This document shows, piece by piece, positions 35,087 through 48,600 of a DNA stretch of 64,000 nt; positions within the stretch are counted from its first letter, which is position 1; each line of letters begins with the position of its first letter. The stretch lies in contig CBFFRP010000419.1 of the NCBI GenBank assembly GCA_965644295.1, positions 1-64,000 on the forward strand, read 5' to 3'. The notes under the pieces are model-generated. The model searched no databases and was not told where the DNA came from. It saw only the letters and a program-made list of their open reading frames with translations. The translations under genes and the position numbers were made by a program. Source of the stretch: Paraphysomonas bandaiensis. Lineage: Eukaryota; Protista; Chrysophyceae.

Positions 35087-36463
35087 ATGAGTCTCAATAT
35101 AACTGTAGTAGCTGGTATCATCGGCAATATTCTCTCTGTAGTTGGTGTTGTCATAACTAACAAGTACATCACTGAAGTGGATGGATATAACTACATGGTC
35201 TTCCTGTCATTCCTTCATTTCGTATTTACCACTATAGGCACACGAGTTCTATTAGGATTGAATACTTATTCATATAAACCTGCTGCAATGTCGGGAGTTC
35301 TTCCAGTTGCTGTGGTGCGGTTTGTATATATATAGACGTATATATGATGAGATGTACACACGTATAGATGATGAGGCTTACATTACTCTGTAGGGGTCAC
35401 TTATGTCTGTAGCGTTTATGAATTTAAATTTGGCAAAGAATTCTGTTGGATTTTATCAGGTAATGTATCATCTACAAGTACATGATTCTATACACTAATA
35501 TGTGGGGTTTAGTTATCGAAGTTGGCTTGCATTCCGGTTACTCTCCTTATACAGTATTTTGTGTATAACACCTCAGTGAATCGTTATGTTCAGCTGACGC
35601 TAGTACCCATTACATTTGGTGTCGGGTATGCTACAGTATATGATTTGGATTTAAACTTTGTAGGAACTGGTGAGTTTCCGTAAAGTTGTGTGTGCTTGGT
35701 TAGACTGATTCTGTTCCACTATACAGTGTTTGCAATGTGCGGAGTGATTGCCACTTCTCTAGCACAGATTTTCACGAATACGTACCAGAAGTCTCTGGAC
35801 TGTAATGCTATGCAACTTCTTTACCATACTGCCCCGGTCATTGGAGTGGTGCGTTTAAGAGTGGTGACATTGTAGTGTTGATTCTATTTTGCAGGGTATG
35901 CTTATTATGTGCCCCTTCTTCGACGACGTCTCGGCGCTGGTGAAACACGAATATACCTTTGACTGCATCTGTCGCATATGTACTAGCATATTTGCATTAT
36001 GCACACTATGCCTTACTTTTCTGTTTTTCTTTTTGTGTAGTGTTATCATGCTGCTTTGCATTAGGAGTCAACATATCGAACTACCTCGTGTTGGGGAAGA
36101 CATCACCCCTCACATACCAGGTATATTAAAGTTACCCTCGAGTTAGGGCGATAATAACTTTCGTGCAGGTTTTAGGACACTTAAAGACTATTCTGATTTT
36201 GATTTTAGGATTCACTGTGTTCAATGTACGCTTACGTTTCCTTCCGCTTCATTCCTAACAGTGAATGTGTAGAAACCACTGGACGTGAGGAATGTCATTG
36301 GAGTTATAATTGCAATGATTGGGTGGGTGCATATGTAGGAGAAATTGTTCCCGTCTGACGTTATGCCTGTGATAGGGTAATATCTTACACCGAGGTGAGG
36401 AGGCGCCAGAGTCCAGGTGCTCAGAAATCGTCCTCCAAGAGTCAAGCAGAAGACAGGGCATAA
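35087..36463 (+). CDS. Nucleotide-sugar transporter (TPT family, SLC35E3/UXT-like); multi-exon
   Basis: VVITNKY, FMNLNLAKNSVGFYQ, SKLACIP, GKTSPLTYQVLGHLKT across GT-AG introns. Confidence 0.88.
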
Positions 36464-37029
36464 AATAAAGTGCGATTCATCAAGCTGGTTTCGGAGTGTC
36501 AATAGCATTTTATATATAGAATAGACATGGTTGCTAGAACTATACTATCTACGGTACTACACCATTAGCTGCTTAGAGTTCTGTCTTAACTAGCATCATC
36601 GTAGAGTTTATATTCGTGAATGGTGACCTCTATGATGTATGATGTACTTCTGTTTATGAAATTTGTATCGATTCCGATGTCTTTTAGAGTGATTGTTACG
36701 ATTGTTAGGTTAGTACAACAAGCAATACATTCATGATTATGAGAAATCCCGCTTATTTTCTTTTATTGCAAATCCAATATATTGTTCCCTAGCCCTGATA
36801 TAAGCTATAAACCTTTACTCGAACACGTGCATCGACAATTAATCTACGCTATACATAGCGTCAGTGTCAGCAGCTATAATAAAATAATGACGCTGAAAAT
36901 ATTATCACCCAGGTATCGAAACGCAGCTACCACAATGGGACCTCCTAAGGATACCCCTCTACCTTTTCGCTATGCTTAAGAAACCTAATTTTCAGTTAAA
37001 AATAGCAGACTATTGCTACTCTAGTCTTC

Positions 37030-37166
37030 TGCTTTGAGTTGTAGATCGAATTCGAGGAACATGAGGTGCATTCTTACTTTAAACTCTCATCTTTTGGTTG
37101 GAGGTTGCCAATTAAAGTAAAAATGATATTGGTACAGGTTTCTAACGCCTATTGCTAAATAAAAAG
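37030..37166 (+). repeat. Diverged tail copy of the repeat family
   Basis: Ends in AACGCCTATTGCTAAATAAAAA and contains GCTTTGAGTTGTAG. Confidence 0.55.
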
Positions 37167-38307
37167 ACGTTTAATAAGTAAAAATGATAGATAAACCTAC
37201 TAATATTTAGTTGAAATAAGCAAAGCAGTAGTACTCACGCACTAAAATGCGTTCAGCTAACTACTAAGTAGCAGGGATCCACCGTTTCATAATTCAGCAA
37301 CGTCATGTACCCCTGAGAAGAAGCTATCCTTTTTGCATCTGAAGCACCAGCGACAATAGAGGCGTTGCATCGTAGGCAACACATTATTCGGCACGGAACA
37401 GGTTAAGGTAATAGAATCAGAAGTAAATCAATATCACAACACTGATACCTCTTGCTGGAGGAATGCATTTGTGATTCGTATTGTTTTGCAAATGTCCATT
37501 GTAACGTTGCAGGGTCAGAGTGTATGTAACAATAGTCAAAGTGCAACGCGATGTCGAGTGCAACGCGTATTTGTGCTTAGACTAGGGTGCATAAATAGCC
37601 ACCTTGTACATATGAGCACAAACATAATTTGCTTGCGTACATGACGCAATTCGCACCATCCAAAGATGTCAGACGATATTGTCCCTATAAAATGAAAACT
37701 ACTTGCCAGGAATGCTCTTAATTCGACCCATATTTGTCATATGATTATGGCGAAATGATTATGTCCCAATCCGTAAATATGAGGACAAAAATGCGCATTG
37801 TCTCTCCTCCGTTTGAATCGTCTAAATATCCTCAAAATCTTTCGAAATCCCAGGATTTCTAGACATATTTACTAGAACTGATAAAAAAATCTTTAAAATT
37901 CGTCTGTAAATTGGTTTTCGTGTATACAATATACAAAGTATACTGTAAATATGGGGATATTTAGGGTTTAGGGAGTGGGGAAGGTACACTGCTCTACGCA
38001 TATATGCATATGGTGGGAAGAGGTACGATAGAATATGCGATGGATGGAATACGTCGATATATACAGTGTATACATGCACCGACAGTTGGGTCTTATATAT
38101 GGATATATACGTAGGATGATATCACATGCATGGAATATATATACATGCACTCTTGAAGTTATGACGGTGAGGGAACATTGCATTGAGTGCAATTAGGGAT
38201 CATTCTACATAATCATCTTGCATGGTAATGTACAGAAAAGAGCTACCGAGTTGGCAATGTGTCTATATATGCCATACAGTTCACACTGCAATTGCATGCA
38301 ATAGACC

Positions 38308-41060
38308 ATGTTTTGGCCTCGCCTTCCCAAGCTAAACCGTAGCATAAGAAGTGAGATAGATGAACATTCCAATTCAGATCCTCCTGTTACCAAGACATTG
38401 GAGCCTAATCAAGCACAGAAGACCTCTGAGATGTGTGTATTTAGAGCTCTTGTCCTATTGTCTCTATGCACTGCAGCGGTACTATGTGGCTCCATCTCAT
38501 ACATTAGTTTGAGTAAACTCGAGCAAAGGAATTATAATACACATTATGATTCAGTCACACGTCAGTTGAAGCAATCAGTTGAAGGATTCGTAGAAAAGTA
38601 TCATGATGCAGCTCATGAGCTGTCGAACTTGGCTGCTGTCTTCAACCCGAATGCATCGGCGTGGCCGAATGTTGCCCTTCCAAAATATTACTTGTTGGAT
38701 AAATATTCTAATAAAGTTTCTGGTGGGAAATATTCTGCTGTCATACCTATTGTGAAGCCTGAAGATTTAGCAGAGTTCGAAGAGTTTAGCAAAGACGTGA
38801 TACGAAATGACGAGTATATGTCGTCACAGCCCCAGCTGTATTCTGCTTATGGTATTGGTGTGTTTAACATCAGCACAACAGGTGTGCCTGGTCCTGACAC
38901 GACTGGAGCTATTCCAGGGCGTACCAGGCGGTATCTGGCACCCGCATTGAATGTAGGATCCGTTCTCGTTGAGGCTGGTTATCTTCTTCTCAATTTCCGC
39001 ACCATACCTTTTGTGGCGGACTCTTTGGATGATATTTTGACCTGCGTAGAGGACAGCCACTCCGAATGCTATGGAATGACAGATTTTATTGGCCCTTCCC
39101 ATGAAACTGCCGTAATCCGGCCTGTGTTGTCGTTAGATGGGACTGATACCGTTGTGGGATTCAGTACAGTTGTCTTTAGTTGGGAAGAAGCGCTCTCCAA
39201 AGAATTACCAGCAGGTGGAGTAAATTTAAATATTAAATTATTGATTCTTTGTTACACATCAACGTATACTCGCAGGAATGCCATCCTTAGACTGCGTGAT
39301 CACTTCGAGTGGAGACACAACGCACACTTTCTCGCTAAACTCTAAAGGAGCACGGCACAGAGGACAAGGAGACCTACACGATAAAAAATTTTCAGGAATG
39401 GCGTCTCATATCCATTTGTCCTCTCCTAATTCAGAGGCTGAACTATCGGCAGTGTATACTTTTGTTATGTATCCTACTGATGACTTCATGAAGGAATATA
39501 TATCTAACACTCCGCTGTACGCAAGCATCGGGTCAGTATCCCTCATAATATTCACCTCAATCGTGTTCATTACATACGATGCCCTGGTGAAAGAGGAAAG
39601 TCGTGCTAAAATCAACCTGTTAAATATGAAAAGAGACTTTGTGCGGTATATTTCTCACGAAATCCGCACCCCTCTGAATACGGTTTCTGTTGGTCTGGGC
39701 CTTTTGGAGGAGATCATTCTTAAAGATCGGTCTTCATATGGAGAGCTTTTGGAATTAACTCGTGATGTGCAGTTGGGTTCTGAATTGGCTGTGTCTGTAC
39801 TGAACGACCTTTTAAATTTTGATAAGCTTGAGGCTGGAGAATTCCAAGTTGCACGCGCTCCTGTTAAAATATACAGCCTTGCTGAAACCACGCTTAAGTG
39901 CTTTAAAATGACCGCACTCAAAAAAGAAATTGAATGCACTTTAAAATTTGTTAATGAATTTGACAAGTCATTGTATCACAATTCACCAATAGTATACGGT
40001 GACAAGATGAAACTATCTCAAGTGCTGAGAAATCTAATATCGAATGCGCTGAAGTTCACTGATAAGGGTGGGTCAATTGATATATCTGTTACATGGAAAC
40101 AAGCAGCCGACTGCGAGATGTTTTCACTCAATAAGTCGAATAGGAATAACAGGGAAAGACCTGAAGGGTATGTGATTGTGTCAGTCCAGGATACCGGAAA
40201 TGGCATATCTCAGGAGAGTCTGCGCCTACTCTTTCGTGATGGTATGCAATTTAAAGCAAATGAACTGCAGGCCGGTCAAGGTGAGCTATATGTTTTTGTA
40301 TTGAAATTACTTTTTACGAAAATGACACAGGAAGCGGGTTAGGATTGTTTTTGTCTTACAAAATTATTGAGATGCATGGCGGGTATGCTATTCTTACTAT
40401 AGCGCGCTCTGTTGACTATCCTGCTGTTTATGACAATGCAGGAGGATGTGGGCGACATCGCCCGGTGAAAACAGGGGCGCCGTATTTTCTTTTCAACTTC
40501 CGACCTTCTCTTCTAAAGAATCGGTATCCTCGAAACGATATTCTGGACACAAACAGCTTCAATATCCGTTGACAGAAGAGGCAAATTCGCTATCAAGGAT
40601 ATCCTCCAAATCAACTCATGGTGAATACCTACAGAGGAAGTCTACGATAGAGCTCATGTCGGGGTCACCCGACGCTATTCAAGTACCTCAGTCAGATCGA
40701 ATGAGTATTTTAGTAGTAGATGACACGAATTCGAACAGAAAAATGGTCTGCCGTCTGCTCAGTAATCGAGGATACGATTTTCTAGAGGCCCGTGATGGCA
40801 GAGAGTGCATTGATATAGTTACACAAGGAATAGAAAAAGTGGACTGCATCCTCATGGATTATGAAATGCCTATATTAAATGGGCCCAATGCAGCGCAGCA
40901 GCTGAGGAATCTAGGGTATACACTCCCGATTATTGGCCTCACCGGAAACGTAATGCAGGATGATATTCATCATTTTCTGAATTCTGGGGCTGATCATGTC
41001 TTATCGAAGCCGTTGCAATTAGATAGTTTCATTGATATTATGAATGAGGCCATTGTATAG
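38308..41060 (+). CDS. Membrane hybrid histidine kinase (CHASE-like sensor, HisKA, HATPase, receiver); multi-exon
   Basis: Two TMs flank a domain with WPNVALP..PIV. H-box FVRYISHEIRTPLN, N-box NLISNALKFT, DTGNGI, receiver ILVVDD..ILMDYEMP..KP. Confidence 0.93.
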
Positions 41061-41242
41061 TACATATTGTATAGTTTTCATTATGCTCCTGCCCTGTTGT
41101 TATGTGATGTTAGCACATTGAACACAGTATATTCATGTGTCTGATAAAATAAGACACAATTTTAACTGATAAAAGGATATGAATATAAGTCGTTCTAATT
41201 GTTGTGGTTAATACTTATTCATTGGATTTGGGAATCCACATA

Positions 41243-41910
41243 TCAACTATTCATGATTCTTTCCTTGACGTTTAAATTTTTAGCAATTTTGAGATCCTTG
41301 TAGTTTCTCCAGCAGCCCTTCTGTGTATGACCACTCTTGCAACACTTATAACTGCACGCGGTGTTCATGTTTACTTCTGGTGTTTCTTCCTTAGATACTA
41401 ATACTATCATCTCATTGAACGATATATCACCTTGTAGACAGAGATTAGTGTACCAAATCACTTCGAGATTGAGGGCTGCTTGGAATTTTGTTTTTAGTAA
41501 TATTACTAGATGGTTCTCTCTGATGTCATTTTTAGAGTTATTCCGCTAAGCCTTGCTATTGCTTCACACACCAACTACTCCCCCGGTAGAATTTTGAATC
41601 TCGCGAACTTTTTATTCAACTCAACTAGTTTCGCATTGAATTCCCCCACGAAACCGATCAATCTAGAAATTTGCTCACTAGCAAAGTGTTCTTTTCCAGG
41701 GTCGTCCTGTGTAGTAGCATGTCCTCGGAAATTCTGGTCTATGAACTCGAGAGCGCTTCGGCAACTGGCTCAACGACCTCAATTATCGAACTGGTACAAT
41801 TGTATTTCGGTTCTATCCACTTATGAAGAACCTCCTTGTATTTATTTTCGTTCAGCTGGTCTCATTTTGGATGATCCTCTAAGCCCAAATGGTTGCTATT
41901 ATTTCTCATG
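41243..41910 (-). pseudogene. Degenerate Ty1/copia-like gag relic
   Basis: Broken frames with FARFKILPG..EAIARL and a zinc-knuckle-like SYKCCKSGHTQKGC. Confidence 0.5.
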
Positions 41911-42624
41911 AGCCACACTTTCAGTTTCATTAACCAATGAACTCCAAACTGATAAAATTTCGGAAGCTGTTTCCAATCCAAACTACCACCCGCTACCATA
42001 TCAACTTTCGACATGTTTGAATGGTTTAAAACTTAATTAGCTGATCGTATATATATAATCAATACGTTTAAATTATGAATTATAATCAATCTCATCTATC
42101 ATTCATTTCCATTCACCAAATTCATGTTATCACAACATCATTTTCATACGATCTTCTTAGATAGACATGATCTTATACAGTCAATATATTTCAATTTTAT
42201 TACTGCTATCATCATAATGGTTCATGCAATACTGTTAGTAACTTCAAGTAACTGTTACAATTCAAAAACCTTGATCTGCTGTCAATTGCTCTCAAAACAG
42301 CAAAACCAAACAGATTATTTAATGAAGATACATTTTCGTTCATAACCTCGACTTGTTAACGCCACGGTAGCAACGTAAAATATTCTAGTGGACTGCTATC
42401 CATATTCAGAAACTGTTCACTATTTCGTGCAAACGTACTATTCTAACACTGATTTAGCTAGGGTAGAATATATTACAAATTTCGCAATGCATTGCAATAT
42501 ACACCTCTTGCATTATAATATATATCTCATATACAAGTGGCACATGAATTCAAAACATACAATTGCACAAATAAAAGAATATGATCAGTTCTAACTGTTT
42601 AAGGGAATCATTTCACACAGGATA

Positions 42625-45600
42625 TCACGAGTTATCACGACTGTAAAACTGAGATGATGTAGACCCGCCGGATTGATGAGACGAAAATTCTGAGTATCTA
42701 ATCGAGGCTCCAGTCTTCGACATGCTTCTCTTGTTTCCACTACTCACAGACAGGGGGGCATTCACTGACCTCGACTTTACAACATCACGCTGGTGTTTCC
42801 ACTTCCCAGTTGTGACATCATGTGATCCGGCATCCACAAGAAGCTGCCTGGCTGCCTTTAGGCAAGAATAAGGCACACGAGAGTCGTCAATATCGAATAT
42901 TGTTCTCCCAGTCCGGTCGGAACCTCCAATGCCTCCCCCCGGTATGCTTTCAAGAACTAATTTAAGAATGTTAGGACCCTCTGGGTAGCTATCTTGGCTA
43001 GTACAGGCTAACTGCTCACAGAGAACAAACAACGCACTTCGCCCAGATTCATCCTCAAGTAGAGGACTTATGCGAGCCCGCAAGCAGGATGATAGGAGAG
43101 TGCGATATGCGGTCATGTCCTCCTTCGGAGGAGGGAAAGCTTGCAGCAGGAAGTATAGCTGCGTATGCCCCTTCGACACTTGTTGATTGGAGTCCCATGC
43201 GGCCCCTACAAAACAATAATCATTACTAAAAGCTCTCTAGAAACAATAATAGACTCTCCTACCAGCCTGGATTAAAACTTGCGCAGCTTTGACCCAGCAC
43301 TTTACAGCACTGCTCCTAGTGCGAGTAGAGGGCTGCGTATGTGAGTGGATGGTACCATGTATTGTAGACAGTCCTGTCAAATTCAACGTTGAATCGTCTA
43401 AAACACTCTGCATATCGCCAGCATCTGAAGTGTGGGGATGGACGGAAAGCTGAGCTGCACGTTGAAGCACGAGATAGAGCGGGCCGACTTGGGAGTTACC
43501 CAGCGGCATCAGTCCATTCACATCACAACCTGATGCAACCAACCTTTCGATCACTGCAGTAGTTGCAGTTCTGACACTGTATTTAATACATAAACCATAG
43601 CATCGCGTATACATAATGAGTTATACCGTGAACATTCCACATGTAGTGGAGTTTGACCTAATGCATTCTTGATAGTAGACGACACTCCACGTTTAAGTAG
43701 ACAGTCCACTACACTCACTACACTTGTGGAAGTGCACACTTGTATCGCCTGTACAGAAATCAACACTACAACTTTGATACTCCAACCTGCTATCACCTTA
43801 TGCACAGCACTGTTCCCAGCGTGATCTTGCGCATTCACCTCCGCACCAAGCTGCAGTAAAGCTTCAGTTGTTTGGATAAGAAGCTTATCGTTTCCGTGAA
43901 AGTGTAGGCCCGAAATAGCCCGGTGAAGTGGAAGGACAGTGTGCGCAGAATCTCGCCAAAAATCAGATACCAGTGAATCACCTCTAGAGCGCACTATAGA
44001 CCGAATTCCCTGAACATCCCCGTCAAGAATAGCCGCAATCAGCTGGTCGATAGGTGTTGTTTGCTGATCAGAGTACAAGGAATTTTCAGAACGCCGTCGA
44101 GGGTGAGAAATCCCGGTGTTAGACGCATAATCGCGAGTATAAGTTCCATTTTGAGAGGAAGTACTCGGACGTCGTGAGCCATCGTGATGCAAATCGTGAC
44201 GGTGGCTGGAGACATCAGAAGACCTATTTAGAGACACCCCATTTGCAGATGGTCGAACTTCACTCCTCCACTTCTCCTTTGCCGTGACACTTTTCCAAGT
44301 CACTGTTTCCAATGGGCGATTAGCGCGCTGTACGTCAAAGCGACTTGATCCCTGCTTATCTTTCGAAAGTTCACTTCCAGCATCACTCGAACGATGTTCA
44401 AAGGCAGCATCAAGATCTTGGCGCAATTGATTTCGAAGAGTGTCTGGAAGATTCTCTATCATCGACAGAAATTTTCCTTGCATTTCTATAGAAATAATTA
44501 ATAATATCCTATCAAAGAACAATGTACTATACTCATATATAAATGCCACGAAATATTAGTTTTTACCACACCTTCAATTCTAGGAAGAGATGTCGTCTGG
44601 TTTTGTGAGTGAACAACACTCATAAAGCTCTCCATTTGCTGCTGCAGCAGAGATAGATAGCTATTCTGCATTTGTTCACGTTGTAAACTTAACTCTCGCT
44701 GAAACTCTAGCTTCAGTCCATCAACATCTATAGGCGTATGTTGAGATACCACTGCTGTGTTTTGAGTCTTCGAAGTAGACAACTCTTGTTGCAAGCGAGA
44801 CACCTCACGCTCCAAATTATCAATTATATTGTCCTTCGCCTACATACACGCTATCAATGATACAATGGTGAAGAATTCAACAATATATACCCTTAGAGAA
44901 GACATATGTTCAGTGACTAGAGACTGAATTTTAACACTATTATCAGAAGAATGTTTTTGACTCTGTTCTGACAATCTCAGATTCGATTCCTTTAGCTGTT
45001 CAGACAGTTGATGGATCGTTTTCTGTGCCTTCAACTCAGAAGACTTTGACGAGCTCTCCAACGAACTAATTGACTGTTTGAGAGTGGAAATTTCACTCTC
45101 GTATGAAGATTTCAGAGACAATAGCTGAGCTCCATAAGAAGACTCCGAGGCGGCGGCAATATCACGCGTCCGCGTATCGTATTCTTCCTGAAGAGCCTGA
45201 TACTTGGATTGTGTCATCTGGAGCATTTGTTTTGTCGATTGCAGTTCTTCTTTATGGCGTGTCATCAGTTCTGCGGTAGACCTCTCATAAGACTTTTCCG
45301 CGTGCTGGATCTGCTCTTTGTGAGTCGCTTTCAATTTAACGATCTCCTCAGACTGTGATTTTAAGTCCTGAATGTACTGCTCAATGCGCTCGGATAATTT
45401 CGTAATCTCCTGGTCTTTTGATAACGCTTTAGTAGTCAATCTCTCTATCTGTTGAGTCAACTCCCCTTTGGCACGATCAGTTTGTATTTTTAGAGAGGTA
45501 ATCTCATCATTATGAATGTCAGTCACTCTCATTATCTCATCTCTCCAAGACTTCGAAAGAGTATCCAACTCAGCTTTGTGTTCATCTGAAGCTACTAACA

Positions 45601-48600
45601 ATGCCTCTTCGATGCTCTTTTTTCGTTTCTCTATCTCTTCAACAGATGCCATACGCACAGCATTTTTAAGATCATCTTGTAGTGTCTCAATCTGGCAACT
45701 TAATTCGCGTACATGTTCATCATGGCTCTTTGACATAGTGGCTCGTTGATCTGCAAGTCTTTCTTCTATACGGACTTCATACTCGCACACAAGCTGGTCT
45801 CTGTCCTTATCATGCGACTCCTGTAGAGTAAGAATGCTCTGGCGCAACTTTTCCACTTCTTGGGAGTAATTTTCTTGCATTGTGAGGCACTCAGCATCAT
45901 GCTTCGAATTCAATTCTTTGATCTTATCATCATACTCTCGAGTCATTTGTTCCTTGTCACTGTCAGCAACAACATGAGAAAATTCCAGTCTATCGCGAAG
46001 CTGTTCTATCTCTTTATCATACGTGCATTTCAAAGCCTCAATAGCGTCGCTATGCTTTCGCTGTTCCTGTTGAATATCACGTTGTAGCTTAGCGCTAGCA
46101 TCCTCTCTTATTCGCAAAATATCTTCGCTATACCTAGACTGTGTATCTTGAAGAGCCATTTCTGACTCGGAGAGCTTTCGTTCAACAATGACTAACTGAT
46201 GGCTGGCAGCCTCATGTGAAGTAGTCACATCAGCAAGTTCGAGAGCCTGCTCCTCCAATTTCTGGGAAAGTTGGTCCTCCTTGCAGCGTAACGTTTCTAA
46301 CTGCTCACGAAGTTCCTGTTCTGTGCGGACTGCCTCCTCTTTTAAAGCCTCTACCTCCTGTTGGTGGTGAGTCATTAATCTGTCCAGCTGCTCATCCAAA
46401 GCAGTAGACATATGACTGCGTGCTTTAGCTTCGACATCCATTAGTTTTTCCTCCATGCTAGCAATCGCAGTACTCATCTCCTCATATAAATTTTCTCGCT
46501 GCTCCTTCAATGCAGCCTCATGGCCCAACTTCAGTTGGGCTATGAAGTCTTCGTGCTGGGAATTCAAGCGGGATGTAATATCAGCACACTCTGAGCCATG
46601 ATTTTCGCGCATATCTTCGATTGTTTTCGTCATAGACTTTATTTCAGCGTCATGCTTCACACGAAGCTCCTCTAGTGTACGATCAAATTCATTACTGGTG
46701 GCGGTCATTTCATGATGCAACTCTTCTAATTGCTTCACTCGTACTGCGTCCATCGTTCGCTTTTGCTCATTGAGAGCATTTTTCAGGGCTTCATCGGCTC
46801 GACTTTGCTCGGTAAATTTAGTTTCGGCGAATTCTTGCTTCAAAGATTCTATGTCTTGTGTATGTTGCGCCATCAATCGCTGTTCCTGGGCGTTCATTTC
46901 TTCCCGATGAGCCGCCTCGAGATCTTCACGCAGACTCACCTCTCTCTCTTGCAGAGCCTTCACGTCTTCTGCATGTTGCGCCCGCAACCGCTGCTCCTGG
47001 GCGTTCATTTCTTCCCGATGAGCCGCCTCGAGATCTTCACGCAGACTCACCTCTCTCTCTTGCAGAACCTTCACGTCTTCTGCATGTTGCGCCCGCAACC
47101 GCTGTTCCTGGGCGTTCATTTCTTCCCGATGAGCTGCCTCGAGATCTTCGCGCAGACTCACCTCTCTCTCTTGCAGAGCCTTCACGTCTTCTGCATGTTG
47201 CGCCCGCAACCGCTGCTCCTGGGCGTTCATTTCTTCCCGATGAGCTGCCTCGAGATCTTCACGCAGACTCACCTCTTTCTCTTTGAGACAATGTATATAA
47301 TCCTCCTCCATACTAGATATTTTCGATTCGATTTCAAGGCGGTGCTTATCTAATAGCGACTGTCGCTCCAACGCAAACTCATTTCTCAGTCGTTCCGACA
47401 GATTAAATTCGTTCTTAGTCATATTGACCTCGTACTCCTCTTTCAAGGAAGACATTACACTTGACACTCGATACTCTGCATCAGCATTGGCAGTCTCCAG
47501 CGCATCATGCAACATGGCCGCGTGTTTAGCTTGCATTTCTTTAATATCTTCTTCATGTTGCTCGCGTAGCTGCTTCTCATACGTGGAGTGAGTTTCAACT
47601 AAACTTGACTCAAGCTGTTTTATAGCAATTTCATGCTGTGCTTTGAGAGCCGATTCCGTAGATTCCACGACGTTGGCCAATTTCTGCTCATGATCCTGAC
47701 GCAAGGAGTCCATCTCCTTTGTATGCTCACTGCTAATTTGAACACGCAACTCCTCGAGCTCTATGCTGTGCTTCTCATCCAACTCCTGTTTCTGTTCTTC
47801 CAACTTTTCCGAGAGCAATATGTCGAAGGAGCCCTCCATGCTTTCCTTTTGTAACTTTAAACTCTCACCAAAAGATGTTTCAAACTGCTCTTCCATACTG
47901 GCTTTAAGGTTCTGCAATGCCTCGTCTTTATGCCTTTCAAACATTGAGTGAAGCTCATTTTCTTGAGTTGCTAACTCCTCTCTCAGTTGCACAGCATATC
48001 TACTTTCTAACTCCTCTGACTGCTGTGAGAGCGCGAATTCATGCTGCCTATTCAAACGGGATTGCGCTTCGTCATGTGATTTGAGTAACTCCGAAACGTG
48101 AGACTCGTAATGAGATTTAATGGAAGACTCCTTATGTTCGAATTCTTCCTTAAGCATAGATATAGAGTTTTCATATTCCGCCAGCAACTCCGATTTCAGT
48201 GCCTGAACTGTAACGTTTACATCATCCGCATGCTTCGCCAGCAATGACGCGCGTTCTTCGTCCCACTCCTCGTTCAAGCGAGCTATTTCCTGTTCGTGTT
48301 CTATCCTTGCATTGCTCAGAACCTCTTTGCTGGTAATATCCCGTTCACTCAATATATTTTCGATTTCATTTAGACGAGCCCTATCCATTTCTTGTTTCTG
48401 CTCACGAAGAGATACCTGTGCATATATTAAAGGCTAGAATATAGGAAAAATTGTATAAATTATACCTCCAGCTTCTCTGTGAATTCAGAGACAACACTTT
48501 CGAGATGCTCCTGTGCTGCAGCAGCCTCTTCTCTATGAGCCTCTTGCAGTGCCATCATGTCTTCTGCATGTTGCGCCCTCAATCGTCGTTCTAGGGCGTC

